Assembly: GCA_001949185.1 (NCBI GenBank)
Contig: BDGG01000004.1
Location: 2,983,267 to 3,047,266 of the forward strand
Length of the DNA: 64,000 nucleotides
Direction of reading: 5' to 3'
DNA from: Ramazzottius varieornatus
Lineage: Eukaryota > Animalia > Tardigrada
Both the position numbers and the translations under genes were made by a program. Each line of letters begins with the position of its first letter. The stretch's first letter is position 1. Under the pieces are notes generated by a model. It worked only from the letters and a program-made list of their open reading frames with translations, was not told the DNA's origin and ran no database searches. Of the stretch, positions 1 through 11,553 are shown piece after piece.

Positions 1-28
1 AGTGAAATTCCGAATGGGAGCCTGTCTG

Positions 29-131
29 CGACCCTGTTCAGAGCCTGCTTATCTCCAGACTGGCAAATCTTATCGATGTAACATTGATAAAATTCCCCAG
101 TGTAGAAATAAGCAAGGTCTGAACAGGCTCG
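29..131. repeat. Long imperfect inverted repeat / hairpin (47-bp gapless arms 33-79 and 81-127)
   Basis: Arm 33-79 matches the reverse complement of 81-127 at 38/47 positions with no gaps; 3 further pairs at 29-31/129-131. Confidence 0.85.
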
Positions 132-3100
132 AAGACTACCAATCTCATTTTTGCCGTTCCGGCCGCCGATAGTCAGGTTACCTGCAGACGTTCTTGCTCC
201 CTGCCGAGATACACCAAATACTTGAGTTGTGGTTCACAAGCCAGCCAGACTTCTAGAAACCCTTCCCCATCAAAGGTTTGCTGGCCCCGGAAGTTTGACG
301 ATAGAGACATGTACGCATAAACTAAGCTACAGCCGAAACTCCCTATTTTTATCGCTGGAAAATTTCCGTTTCTTCTTCCTTCAAAGTTGGGGCAATCGAA
401 CTGTCAAAAATAATAGGCTGATGAGTCCGCAATGACGAATGCTTGCATGGGTTGTTTTCAAGCTGGGAATTGTACCGTCTGCACAACCCTGCATCAGAGA
501 GAAAAATGGGCTGCTTTGTCGATTATTGGCGAGGATGATCGCGTGCTACAGATTTTCCTTGTATGCGTGTTCGAAATCCATTTTCAACGTTAAAAGGCAG
601 TAGATAGAAAACTACTACGCCAAATCTTCCTGGACAGGACAGGAAGCTTGATAATTGCAGCGTATTACGGTACGCTTCGTAATCCATTCTCTAGCTCAGT
701 CAGAGGAAGGTCGATACTTCCCCAGCCTAGAAGTCGGAACTCGTCCAGAATTCTCAAATTTTTCTCACAGTTATACGTTCGTACCTTGGGATCACTACAA
801 ACTGTGTTTTGAATACTCGGTGTCACACGCCACTGCTGGGCCGAGTGATTTCGCCAACAATTTTCAAAAATTTTGATGGGCGTGGCATTACTACCGTTTT
901 GCATTTATGGTCGCTTCCTTGTTCTTCGTTTGATTCGACTTTCAAGTTATATTAGTATTGGTCTCGGTACGTATATAGGTGATATGCCAAAACAGTTTAT
1001 GGTTTGTTTCCAGTCTGGGACGTTGTTGAAGTTCGTTATGTTTTGTCTGACTTACTACATTGTCGATTCCCACTGTCTGAGTCTGTTTCTGAACGCATCG
1101 ACAAGAGTAGACGTCGCATATATATGTGACCAATACGAGAATGCTCATTGCCCTGTATAAATATAGTCACGTCAATTATTAAGGGCACGATCCATTTCTG
1201 TAATGAAATTTTGCATCCATAAGGCACAAATCTAGGTTGCATGGCTGGCCTCTAATTGTGATTGTTGAAGAAGCTCTAATAGACATCATGATAAATTATC
1301 AGATAACACCTTTTCTGTCCCGCGTTTCGACACGCGCCTTGATGGAGGGATCCATTATGAATGCCAGCTGCGACACAGATTCCGGGGAAGCTAGCTGGCA
1401 AATTCGGTGTGGTTCCGCCGTGGGTGATCCGACATTTTCAGGCAGGTTGAAAGAAGAAACCGGAGACACCTTGTTCCAGCTCATCCGTGGCCGCAGAGGA
1501 AAAAAGAGGCCTGCGGAAGAATACGGCTTGCACGTAATGTCAAAGCTGTTGCATCTCGGTACGCCGTCGTATTCAGTTTACGCGGCAAGAAGTGGCACTT
1601 GCTCGTAGATGGGCAGACTGACCTACGATCCTCTGGTGAAATTTGCTGCGGGACATCTTTCTGTGCTTAGTGAAATTGTTATTAGATTTTGTCCCAGAAC
1701 TCAGAGTCGACTGCCTGCCGAATATATATTACTGGGTGAGTATGTCCATTTGCCGGTTTCGCAATAATTGGTCGGAGGCTCCTCGCCGTGTTTATTTGAG
1801 GATCTTTAGGTAGTGAATGAAGCAACTTCAGTGCTACTTTGTACAGTGAGCCTCGATCCAGCGTTCACTTGTCATACGAAAAGTTATCGCAGAAAAGTAG
1901 AAATGCATGTGTCCATGAGACCAGGCGAGGTCGAGTCGGACCCGTGCCTCTTGACTTCCGCCATAACGCGGCCGAACAGTGTAGCGGGTACACATGTGGA
2001 CAGTGGTTTTCTGTTTGCTTAAAATTGTGTGTTAGAACTGATGTACAGTTGTTTGAACATTATGTTGATATTACCCTTATTAACTTCAGTAATTTGAAAT
2101 TCCATTACGCCAAAATTTACTTCCATTTTCCTTTGCCGAGCTTGCAGTTTCTCTTTCCGCATGTCCAAATACAGTATCACGCGTCTCGTAACCGGCGAAC
2201 CGTACAGGAAGCAAGATAGACTGCGCTATCTCGACAAGGTAGATGGGAGAGCACTGCTTGCAAGCCGGGCCCTTGTGAGACATGTCACAACAACAGGAAG
2301 CGGGATTGGTCTCTGGGTGAAAATGACAATCCGAGCGCGGGCATATGTGATATCAGAGCAATTGGTTATAGCAGGCTGAGTATGCCTCCGATTGCACTTC
2401 ACATGGGCACACACACATGAGCCCTGTTGGCCGGCTTATTTTCCTCGGTCCATTTTAATTACCGGCTGGCTATTCAGCCTTGACAAAGACCATCAGATTC
2501 TAATCTTTCTTCAATTAATATAAGATGTGCCTGCCGGTACGTGCAGGTCGCGCAAGCCGGCTAGCGCTCTCCCACCTCCTCTCATAAACCCACCTCACTT
2601 ACTCCCGGCATCCGTTACATCCCCCTCACTTTGCTTGCTTACAACGCATATGCTCCCATTTTCCCCGCTCCAATCATACCAGATAATCTCTAGTCCTCGA
2701 GATGTTCATATCTCTTGTCAGGTAGGAGCGTGATGAATCAGTGTCTCAGGTCCGATCTTCCAGTTATCCCTTTCCGACGTCGGGAGCTGACTGAAGATAC
2801 GAAGACTTCGGTACAATTATACCCTCCTGCTTTCATGACATGCTTTCCAGCCACCCACGGCACTCTCGAGTTTGGCCACCGACTGGAAGACTAGTGATTT
2901 TTTTGTTGTGCCACACATGACAAACAAAAAATCATTGTCTCTCCTGCCGGTGCATACTCTACTCGTCCACCGCATCCAGCACATCCACCGGGAAATCCTT
3001 CCTTCCTTTTTGACCAAAGCTGACACGGAGCACTGCCTTGAATAGAACGGTGAGCAGAAAAAATCACTTTGAATAATACGGACCGTTCGTTTTGCAGCGA

Positions 3101-3449
3101 CCCTTTTATGCTTTACGTTGAAAACGTTCTGGAACGAGGCCGTGAAACAGAGTACAATTTGACGAGATAATTCATGTGGGAAAAAGGAAATAAAGCCATG
3201 AGACCATAACCCGGAAGAACCACCAGCGCAACGAACGTCATAAATTACAGGCAAAAGCTTTGCATTGTGACAAAAAGTCATAGCGGCCTACACCAGACAG
3301 AGTATGAATACGAGATAAAACTGTAGAAATTTCTCCTGACGAACTAACACACCTGACTAGGAATGGATCAAAAGCATGCACGAACTCTCCTTATTGAGAT
3401 CTTACGCTCAATTATTATTCTTTCACACTCCGAGTTAAAGTTCACTCCC

Positions 3450-6400
3450 TCACTTCTTTGGAAGGTCGACGATAACCTCCACGTATGTCACGGGAAAGAC
3501 CCCGCTTTTTCCATGCACTGTCCCTTCAAACCAGTTTTCCTGCAGTTCAGACCATTTCCAGTGAGAAAACCTCGGATGAAATGAGAAAATAATAACATTG
3601 CACTCACGTCGATTCTGTCGGTTAACGTGATGAGGTCATTCTCCTTAAATTCCAGTTCGCCCTCATTTTCGGGTTCGAAGTCGTACAGTGCTTTGCACGA
3701 GGCCTTTGGTTGCTGCAACTGTGAGTGTGAGCTAGGTGGCATGGGAAGATGAGGGAGCCCGTGCCCATTTCCGAAGGCAGCTTCCGGCTGGGAAAGGGGC
3801 GTATTAACGGAAACTGGAGTGGAAACGGCAGGCACTGATCCTTTAGGTGGTGGCACTAGCGATGAACCAAAACTAATTTGCGTGTCCGCGGTCATCTGCA
3901 GGCCTTGTCGGGCTGACGGGTACATGCCAGTCCCTCCCGTGGGAGACAGCGGCGAGGGCGACCTCGTCGGACCTACAGCATATCACACTATGAAGGCGGC
4001 TTCATGTTGATCAACACATCGTAAAGGAAAAACAGAGGTCCCGTCCAGACTAATGATAAGCAATGAGATCCATGCGAGGGAGAAACGAAGGAAAACCAAG
4101 TGACGTACGGTAGGAAACTGCAACAAAAAAAAGAAAACTGCATAAGTAAGCCAATAAAGCCAAACCCCGAGAGAAAAAAATTAAAATGACAAGAAACGAG
4201 AGCTAGAAAAACAAACGCAAAATAAAAAACAAAATCCTCACTAGTAAAAGAGACCAAAGTTCATGCGCAAAGAACTTATATTGGTAGAGAAAAGGAAACT
4301 AGATAATTGTAAAATCGTAAAGTTATCGCCATACTTGCGGTGACTGCAGGAGGTCCACCCCACGCATTGTCCGAGTCGGCTATGTCGGCAGCTTCTGGGC
4401 TTCCATTGCCATTAGTGAACATGGTGGGTTCTGGGGTGGCACGACTGGATGAAGGATATGCTGTTGGGGGTACTCTGTGCTGCCTGGGCTCTCTCACTTT
4501 CATGGCTGCTTCGTCACGTCTGTAAGACGAACAATTTGCATTAATTACATCCGCAAGGATCCGTATCACCAAGGAAGAGGCTTACTTGGAATACAGAGTG
4601 TGCTGCAAGTTCTCGAGGATCGCCGCATTCTGCTTGTGAAATTCCACAGTAGCTTCCACCAGCGCAATCAACTGTGAAACCTGCTCGACCTCATTGTCTA
4701 GTAAATTATACATGGCGGATTCCGCCAGCGCCTTGGATTCTTCAAATTTCTCCTCTGCTTGCTTAATCTCCTCTTCCGTCACACTCCCCGCACCTAATAA
4801 GATAATCTGATGAAATTAAAGTTATCTAGTTTCCTATGATGGTTGCACCCAGCTTTCCCGTACCTCCACCTGGACCTACAATCAAGATTACAAATTTTAA
4901 CACTCGAAATCTCTGAAAGATTATCAGTAACATAATCAGTCAAGAAAAGCAAACACACCTTTCACATGTTTCCGCTTTTTGCAGTCGAAGTCCAGCCTAC
5001 GCCCTTCCAACTTTTTGCGGTGAAACTGCATAGAACTACAGTCAGTCAACCAGCAACACACCTCATCATATGGGACGTCGACAAAAGGTTTCACCCAGAT
5101 CGCTATTCAAAGTGGCGGACGTTTGCACTCTTATTGACGCAGAGGGAGCGCCACTTGGGAGGACGATCGGGCTGAATTCATTTGCTAGCGTCCCATATGT
5201 TATCGTTTCTTACCAGCAGGTCCTTGATGTCTTTGGTTTGTAAAAGGTGTAGCGGATCGAGGAAAGCCTGCCGAACCTGGTCCTCCAGCGCATACTTGAC
5301 TTCGGCCATCTGCCGCATTGCTTCTCCCGCTTCAATCAACGACTGTCCTGAAAACAAAATCCATGTTTTTTAAGGTATGACTCCTGGTCTTCCGGTAACA
5401 GAAGACTGGGTTGGTTGGGCAAGTATCCTTACCGAAAAGAGACTCAGGACCGAGGTCGCCGCCGTATTTCACCATGGTGTCGCCCAACAGACCTTCCGAC
5501 TGCGGGTAGGGATGTTGCTTTGCTTGACCCCTCATCTTTGCGTACGAGTTAAAGGCGTTCATTTTGGCCCGCGTTGCCGGGTTAGGCTGCAGGTATTCTT
5601 TCGTTCGATTGATCAGGTTCTCGATCAGTTCCGCCGTCACGTCGGTTTTCTGCAAAACAAATTCCTCCATACCTTTCTGTTTTTGAGACTTCGTAGACTA
5701 CAATTGTGTATTGAGTGAGTCTATTTATTTTCAATCTTGGAAGTCTAGACTTTTTGTCGCCTGCAGTCAATTGCTGCTGTCGATAGAATAACCCATCCCA
5801 ATTTGCGACCATAGATTTTCGCGGTGTTCAGTTAATGCCGCTGTGACACGAGCTGTAATACCGCTTCCTTCCATCATCGATCGGTTTCCACCATCATGGA
5901 AAGCTGGCTCAGTTCGTCGCAACGCCAACAACATTATCGCCGCTGCTATCTCTCTGGTCGGACACTGGAGCCGAGCGGAAATGCGAAGACGAAAGGCGCA
6001 TTGAGTTCTGAACCGCTGGAGCCAAGGATCCTTCCCTGCACCTCTCGCCCTGTTGGATCGGAAGAGGGTGTCGACGAGCTCAGAGGATCTCAGTGAAGCA
6101 TTGAACAAAGCACGAGGCGAGAAGACAAGTACTGCGCTCGTAATGTTAGCGGGTTGAAGGAAGAATCGGAAATCGATAACCAGACGCAGCGACCCCTTCA
6201 CGGTGAATTCTCAGAGGAAGGTTCGCGAACAAGCACACGGGCTTCTTCAACGGTGCCATCCTAGTACGCACATTGAAACTCTATATGCAGATCAGTATGT
6301 ACGAGGATTCAGTGCACCCGAGCTAAGTTACCTCTTCTTTAAAAAGTATTCTGGAATCTAACAGTCGCACTCTGGAAGTTCCACCTTACTATGCGTACCT

Positions 6401-7916
6401 TTTTCTTCACTCCTGGCTCCGATCCTCGCTTACTCCTGTACACACGATGACCACTTTTTCGGAGTCATTGACTGTTACAGAGCAAATGAGGCGAGCGCCA
6501 AACTGCGGTGGCGACGAACACTGTCGGAAGGCCACACCTTGTTCCCAGCTTCCAAGGAGAAACCAAAGTGTTATTCGAAGTCTACACGCTTCTATCATAA
6601 TACTCGATCATTGAAATGGTAATCGCGTTAGCTGCGGGGGAAAAAACTAGAACCGGGGTGTTTCACCGCTCGCATCGTTCCCGGTGCACGATAGGTTGAG
6701 CATTCCTGTGTCAAGTGGCGGCATGCACGGAGACCTTCGTCTGTTTATTCACTTCATTGTTCCCATTGCGTCACCGCTAGTTCCTCCTTCACATCAAGTT
6801 CCTTGCGTATTGATCTTTTCGGTGAATAACATTATCTGACAGTGGTGTAAAGTGCAAATCAGCAAGTTGCCTCGACCTCCCTCCACCGCCGAGAAACGAC
6901 AAACCGAGCCGTTTGCTTCAGCAATACCCTAGAGGATCCTTCGCTCAATAAACACATGAAAACCTCCTCGGCCTTTCCTCTCTGTTGCAACCGAATCTTT
7001 CGAACTTGAGCATCGGCCCTGATGAAAGTCTCTCATCATGTCATCCGACAGATGAACGCACAAAGTTAATAGTCGTTATGAAAATGCAGTTTCCTTGACA
7101 TTTGAACGAGGCGTGTCTTGTGAATTTTTGGAATGGCAGTTATGGAGAAAGGGAAGTTTCTTACTCGTTCCATTTCTTTGAAGTCTTCGTCCAGCCGCGT
7201 AGGTTCGGCGCCTCCGATCTTTTCCGAGACATACTGCAAAAGACCACATTCTAATTGATTTTCATGGCACACTTTTCTTTCTTCCAGACTGAATGGCCCC
7301 ACCTCTTTTCTGTCAAGATAACATGGCACAGTGGTTTATTCAGCAAACAAGACATTATAGTCGTATATTTATGATCTACTGCGTCATATCCTGGGATCGT
7401 GCGTCAAAGATGGTCCCCGGGAAGTAGACATTAGAATCGAGTGGAAACGCTCTCGATACTGTAATGAAGTGACACACCGTCACGTTCACCATAACGAACT
7501 CTGTAATCTATATCAGATAGAGTTGTGGATCCCTGGTCTGGTCGAATCACAATTACGGAAGACCGCAGTCCGAAGACTCACAACTAGCGAAATAATATTT
7601 TCTGTTTATCCATACTAATGCCACTAAAGGAAGCACCAACCAACTACGTTTCATTTGGAGTAGCGAAACTCGTAAGTTTTCACGATACTCCAACAGAGAA
7701 CCCTTAGATCAGTAAGACTGGCACTTGTATAGTTAAAGGTGTCGCTAAGTGAGATTAGCGAGACATTAAGATGTAATGAATACTTGGTGGAATGGTGCTT
7801 ACCTGGTTGGCTTTATTGAATTGCTGTAAACAGATGAAACAGCATATTAATAGGCGTTAAAAGATCATCAAACGTTTCCCGAGTTCACGTACCTTCTTGA
7901 GTCCAGCGAGAGACAT
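3450..7916 (-). CDS. SH3GL/endoA: Endophilin A (N-BAR + SH3), multi-exon
   Basis: Exons about 7893-7916 (MSLAGLKK), 7803-7823 (QFNKANQ), 7165-7233 ([23 protein letters not shown]), 5433-5649 ([12 protein letters not shown]), 5214-5347, 4959-5025 ([18 protein letters not shown]), [4864-4875], 4586-4793, 4335-4519, 3608-3972 (SH3 [17 protein letters not shown]), 3450-3539 (ENWFEG...GVFPVTYV). All GT-AG and in phase. Confidence 0.96.
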
Positions 7917-8878
7917 TTTCGAGTACAGCGGAACGTGAAGTATTCACAACAATGCTACGTGTCAACTTTGAGTTTTCCCAGTGAAGTCAGTGAACTTCCG
8001 CCAGCAAGCGATGAATTCAGGTCCTATGGACGAACCTGCGAATCAAAAATTACCGATGGTATCTATTCCAGTTTTCCATCTACAAGAATAAAATCGATGC
8101 GAGTCGACCATACCGTAGTTGATGTACGACGGAATAACGGAGTAGTCCACTTTCACCAGTCTGCGTACCTTATCCAGAACAAACAACGCCGCGAGCAGTC
8201 TACAACAAGCAGTCCTCAGTTAATGTAACCCTCAAAACTCCTGTCCGAATCACCGTCGTTGGTAGCGCCCAGCAAGAGGAAAAAGTTGGAGGAGGCTCAG
8301 TAAAGATATCGATAAAATAACTGAAGTCCGTCAGTATCCGTAGAAGAGTTTCAAGAAAGAGAGCCTTATGGTAAGGTTTCACGTTGGTCTAACAGATCAC
8401 TTCGAAGTCTGCAGCTTCTTTGAAGGATCAGCCATCAAACGACAACACTGGGAAGCATCAACAGACAAGCAGGGTATCATCCACGATTCAAAGGATGACT
8501 GGGCAAAAACGGGAAGATTGTTGAACTGTTCATTCGAATCTTTTCTCTTTTCGAGTAATTTCTGCAATTGCATCTATTGGTTGAAAACCCCGCTGTGGGT
8601 GGGCACTCGGATTTCAGGTTTGTGATCGTCCACGACCGCGAGGACGGTTGATCGCTTGATTGATGACGGGTCAGTGTCCGCAGCACCCGTAGAGCCTGCC
8701 TACAGTATCAGATGATCATGACAGGCTGCGTGGTCTCCGCTATTGTTGACGTTTTTCCAGTTAGAAACGTTATCGACGATTTATAGGTGTTCATCTTCTC
8801 TCAGACTCGTACCGACGGAGCGATGGTACCGGTGGCTGATAGCGTGGACACTTGAGTACACGAGGACGGGAAACAACC

Positions 8879-11080
8879 ATGTGCGGGATCTTCTTCAGCG
8901 TCGCCGTTGTCGACTCTCCGGAGAAGCCTGTTGAACCACCGGAAACGACAGCTCGACTTCTCCAAAGACGTGGTCCGGATTTCCAGAGTTCCCCTTCCGA
9001 TTCAATCCTACATGGCTTTTGTGTATCTTCGTCTGTTCTGCATGTTCGAGCTGAAACCGCGCTTGCCAAACAACCAGTGGTCAGCGAGAAAGGAGACATT
9101 CTCTGCTGGAACGGAGAGATATTCCAGACCGGAAGTACGGACCTAGATGTCTCTGATAGCGACACCGTCTTCCTGTCTGACCGGCTTTGTGCTGCTGCTG
9201 CTGAAGAGAAGAGTGGAATATACAGAGTTTTGAGCGAAGTTAAAGGACCGTTTGCCCTGGTATATTACGATAGAGCGAATGACACTCTGTTCTTCGCCCG
9301 CGATCGATTTGGTGAGCATCTTTGAGGCAAACTGCGCGGTTAATCCTGCTAACTAGATTTTGTGTTCCGGTATGGCAACCACGCCTGGGTTCTTGCAGGG
9401 AGAAGAAGTCTCATCTGGATGCGCACGGAAACAAATCAGTTTGTGTTGTGTTCGGTATTACCGACGGAGCTTTCGCAAGGTAGTTCGCTGCCTTCTTGAT
9501 GACGATTTTCTGTTGTGTAAAAATAGAGTAAATTAACTGGGTTTTTCTCTTGACGTTTTTCGTCTAGCTGCTGAGGTGTCATACGGAGAAGTGTGCCCAC
9601 ACGGTTTGTTTTCCATGAAGATACAGAAGTCATCGTTATCATTCACCTTTTCTCCGTGGATGATGACTGCTTCGTCCGAAAGCCATGACTTGTCCAGCGA
9701 ACTCAAACACTTCGCAGCCCACAACGATCTTCACATATTTTCATTGACTGAGAAGCGCGAAGTGCAGAGCTACTTCTCGACTGAAACCGTAAAAGTCGCC
9801 GAGCTTACCATAACGGTCCCGGATGCAATAAATTTAGCTGAAATCGTCATGATGACATGGGTTGAAATCACTGAGAAATACCCAGAGCGTCGTTTGACCG
9901 ACTGCAGCTCGAAGTTCGAATGGCTCCAGGAGATAATTGGTCCGCCGGCTATCAGCGTTCTTCCTGTGGTGCAGAATTTTGAGGATCATCTGCGCAAGAG
10001 CGTCGAACGACGTTGTCGTTATGTGATTTCCAAATGCAAAAACTGTGGGTCAACCTGTGCTCATTCGAAGATCGCCGTACTGTTTTCTGGTGGCATAGAC
10101 TCGCTCTGTGTGGCTTATCTTGCCCACTCTTACGTCTTTGAATCTGAGCCCATCGACCTTCTCAACGTGCGTACAATTATGATTATCATAATGACATCAC
10201 TACCATATTTAAATAGAAATCCAAATATATTGTAGATTGTCAGCATAGTTTTGACTAACTGCTATGTTTCAGGTTGGTTTTCACGCGGATTCTCAGCCCG
10301 AGAAAGCCGCTATTGCACCCGATAGACTCACTGCGATTGCCGGACTGGAAGTCCTTCGATCTTGCTGCCCGACAAGGCAGTGGAACTTTGTCGAGATCGA
10401 TGTGCCGAAATCGGAAGTTGACCAGGTCCGCTCTACTCACCTATGGAAGCTCCTGACACCGCAAACCACGGTACTGGACTGCTCAATAGGCACGGCCCTG
10501 TGGTTCGCCGCACGTGGCGAGGGCAAGCTTAAAACTACGAAAACCGAATACTACGTTAGTCCAGCTCGAGTTGTGCTTTCTGGGCTTGGAGCCGACGAAC
10601 TTCTGGGAGGATACTCGCGACATCGAACCAGATTACAACGAGATGGCAAGGCTGGCTTACTGGAAGAACTGAACATGGACATTCGACGAATAGGTGAGCT
10701 ATTCGTTTCTTATCTTTATCTGTGCGTGATATGCGAGGATGGGGTCTCTGACAGGTGTACGGAACTGTGGACGGGACGATCGGGTGATTTCGGACCACGG
10801 ACGCGAAGCACGGTACCCTTTTCTCGATGAAAATTTGGCAGATTTTTTGTGCAGTTTACCTGCTGCACTTCGGTGTAATCTTACGTTGCCTCGTGGTCTG
10901 GGCGATAAGCTGTTGCTGCGGCTCTTGATGCTCAAGCTCGGTTTTGGACCTGATGTTGTTATGCTGGAAAAGCGAGCCATGCAATTTGGTACTCGTATTG
11001 CTAAAATCGATCAAACCAAGAAAGGCACTGATCTGGGTGCTTGCTTCGTATCGTCCAGCGACACGGACTTCCTTGTCTAG
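8879..11080 (+). CDS. ASNSD1: Asparagine synthetase domain-containing protein 1, multi-exon
   Basis: N-terminal MCGIF (Ntn glutamine amidotransferase), [76 protein letters not shown]; ORFs 8852/9576/10264/10739 joined by GT-AG introns. Confidence 0.95.
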
Positions 11081-11171
11081 TTCGTAAAAAATTTGCTTGG
11101 TGAAAATCGTTCACTGATTTTTGTTCAGTCCTTCCTGGAACCAGGAAGTTGGGACGATGGGGTCCCTGAGT

Positions 11172-11185
11172 GTAACTATGGCTAC
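11172..11185. promoter_or_regulatory. Candidate RFX X-box (GTAACTATGGCTAC) upstream of KIF6
   Basis: 14-mer, one mismatch to RTHNYY-WT-RRNRAC, about 370 bp upstream of the ATG of a ciliary kinesin. Confidence 0.35.
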
Positions 11186-11553
11186 GTACGGTAACCTATC
11201 GGGACAAAAACTAGGTGTTCCATATACGGTACAAGTACAGTACCTACCGTACGGTACGAAAATGGCTTTATGAAAGGGAAAGAATCCATCGGCGGTTTTG
11301 ATAACTGAATTACTATCTCATGCAGAAGACTGGAAATTCATCAGACTCAGTTTTCCGGTCTAGTGAATTTCGCTCGGTATGCCTCAACGCTGGAAAATAT
11401 GCAGAGTTTTGTCGGCGCCAGACAGTGAACATGAGTTTCGATCGAATCGAAATATCGATAGCTCAAAGAGCATAGAATTCCGCTTGTTTTCGACAGCGCT
11501 GAGTGTTCGTGAAAGTGAGGAGGGTAACGTAGTATTTTGCCCATCACTTCGGC

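Noticed and set aside
229-3281. Short ORFs at the left end of the window
   Set aside because: No motifs and no consistent exon chain; probably UTR, intron or intergenic DNA.
5767-6420. 144-aa ORF and splice-like sites inside the large endophilin intron
   Set aside because: GTG start, no recognisable domain, and no phase-0 donor joining it to the next exon; at most a non-coding alternative 5' region.
7935-8878. Search for an ASDURF-like uORF upstream of ASNSD1 (bicistronic in mammals)
   Set aside because: No frame resembles the prefoldin-like ASDURF; suggestive fragments (PSKRKKLEEAQ, HSNLFSF) are preceded by in-frame stops. A spliced, diverged uORF is not excluded without Ribo-seq.
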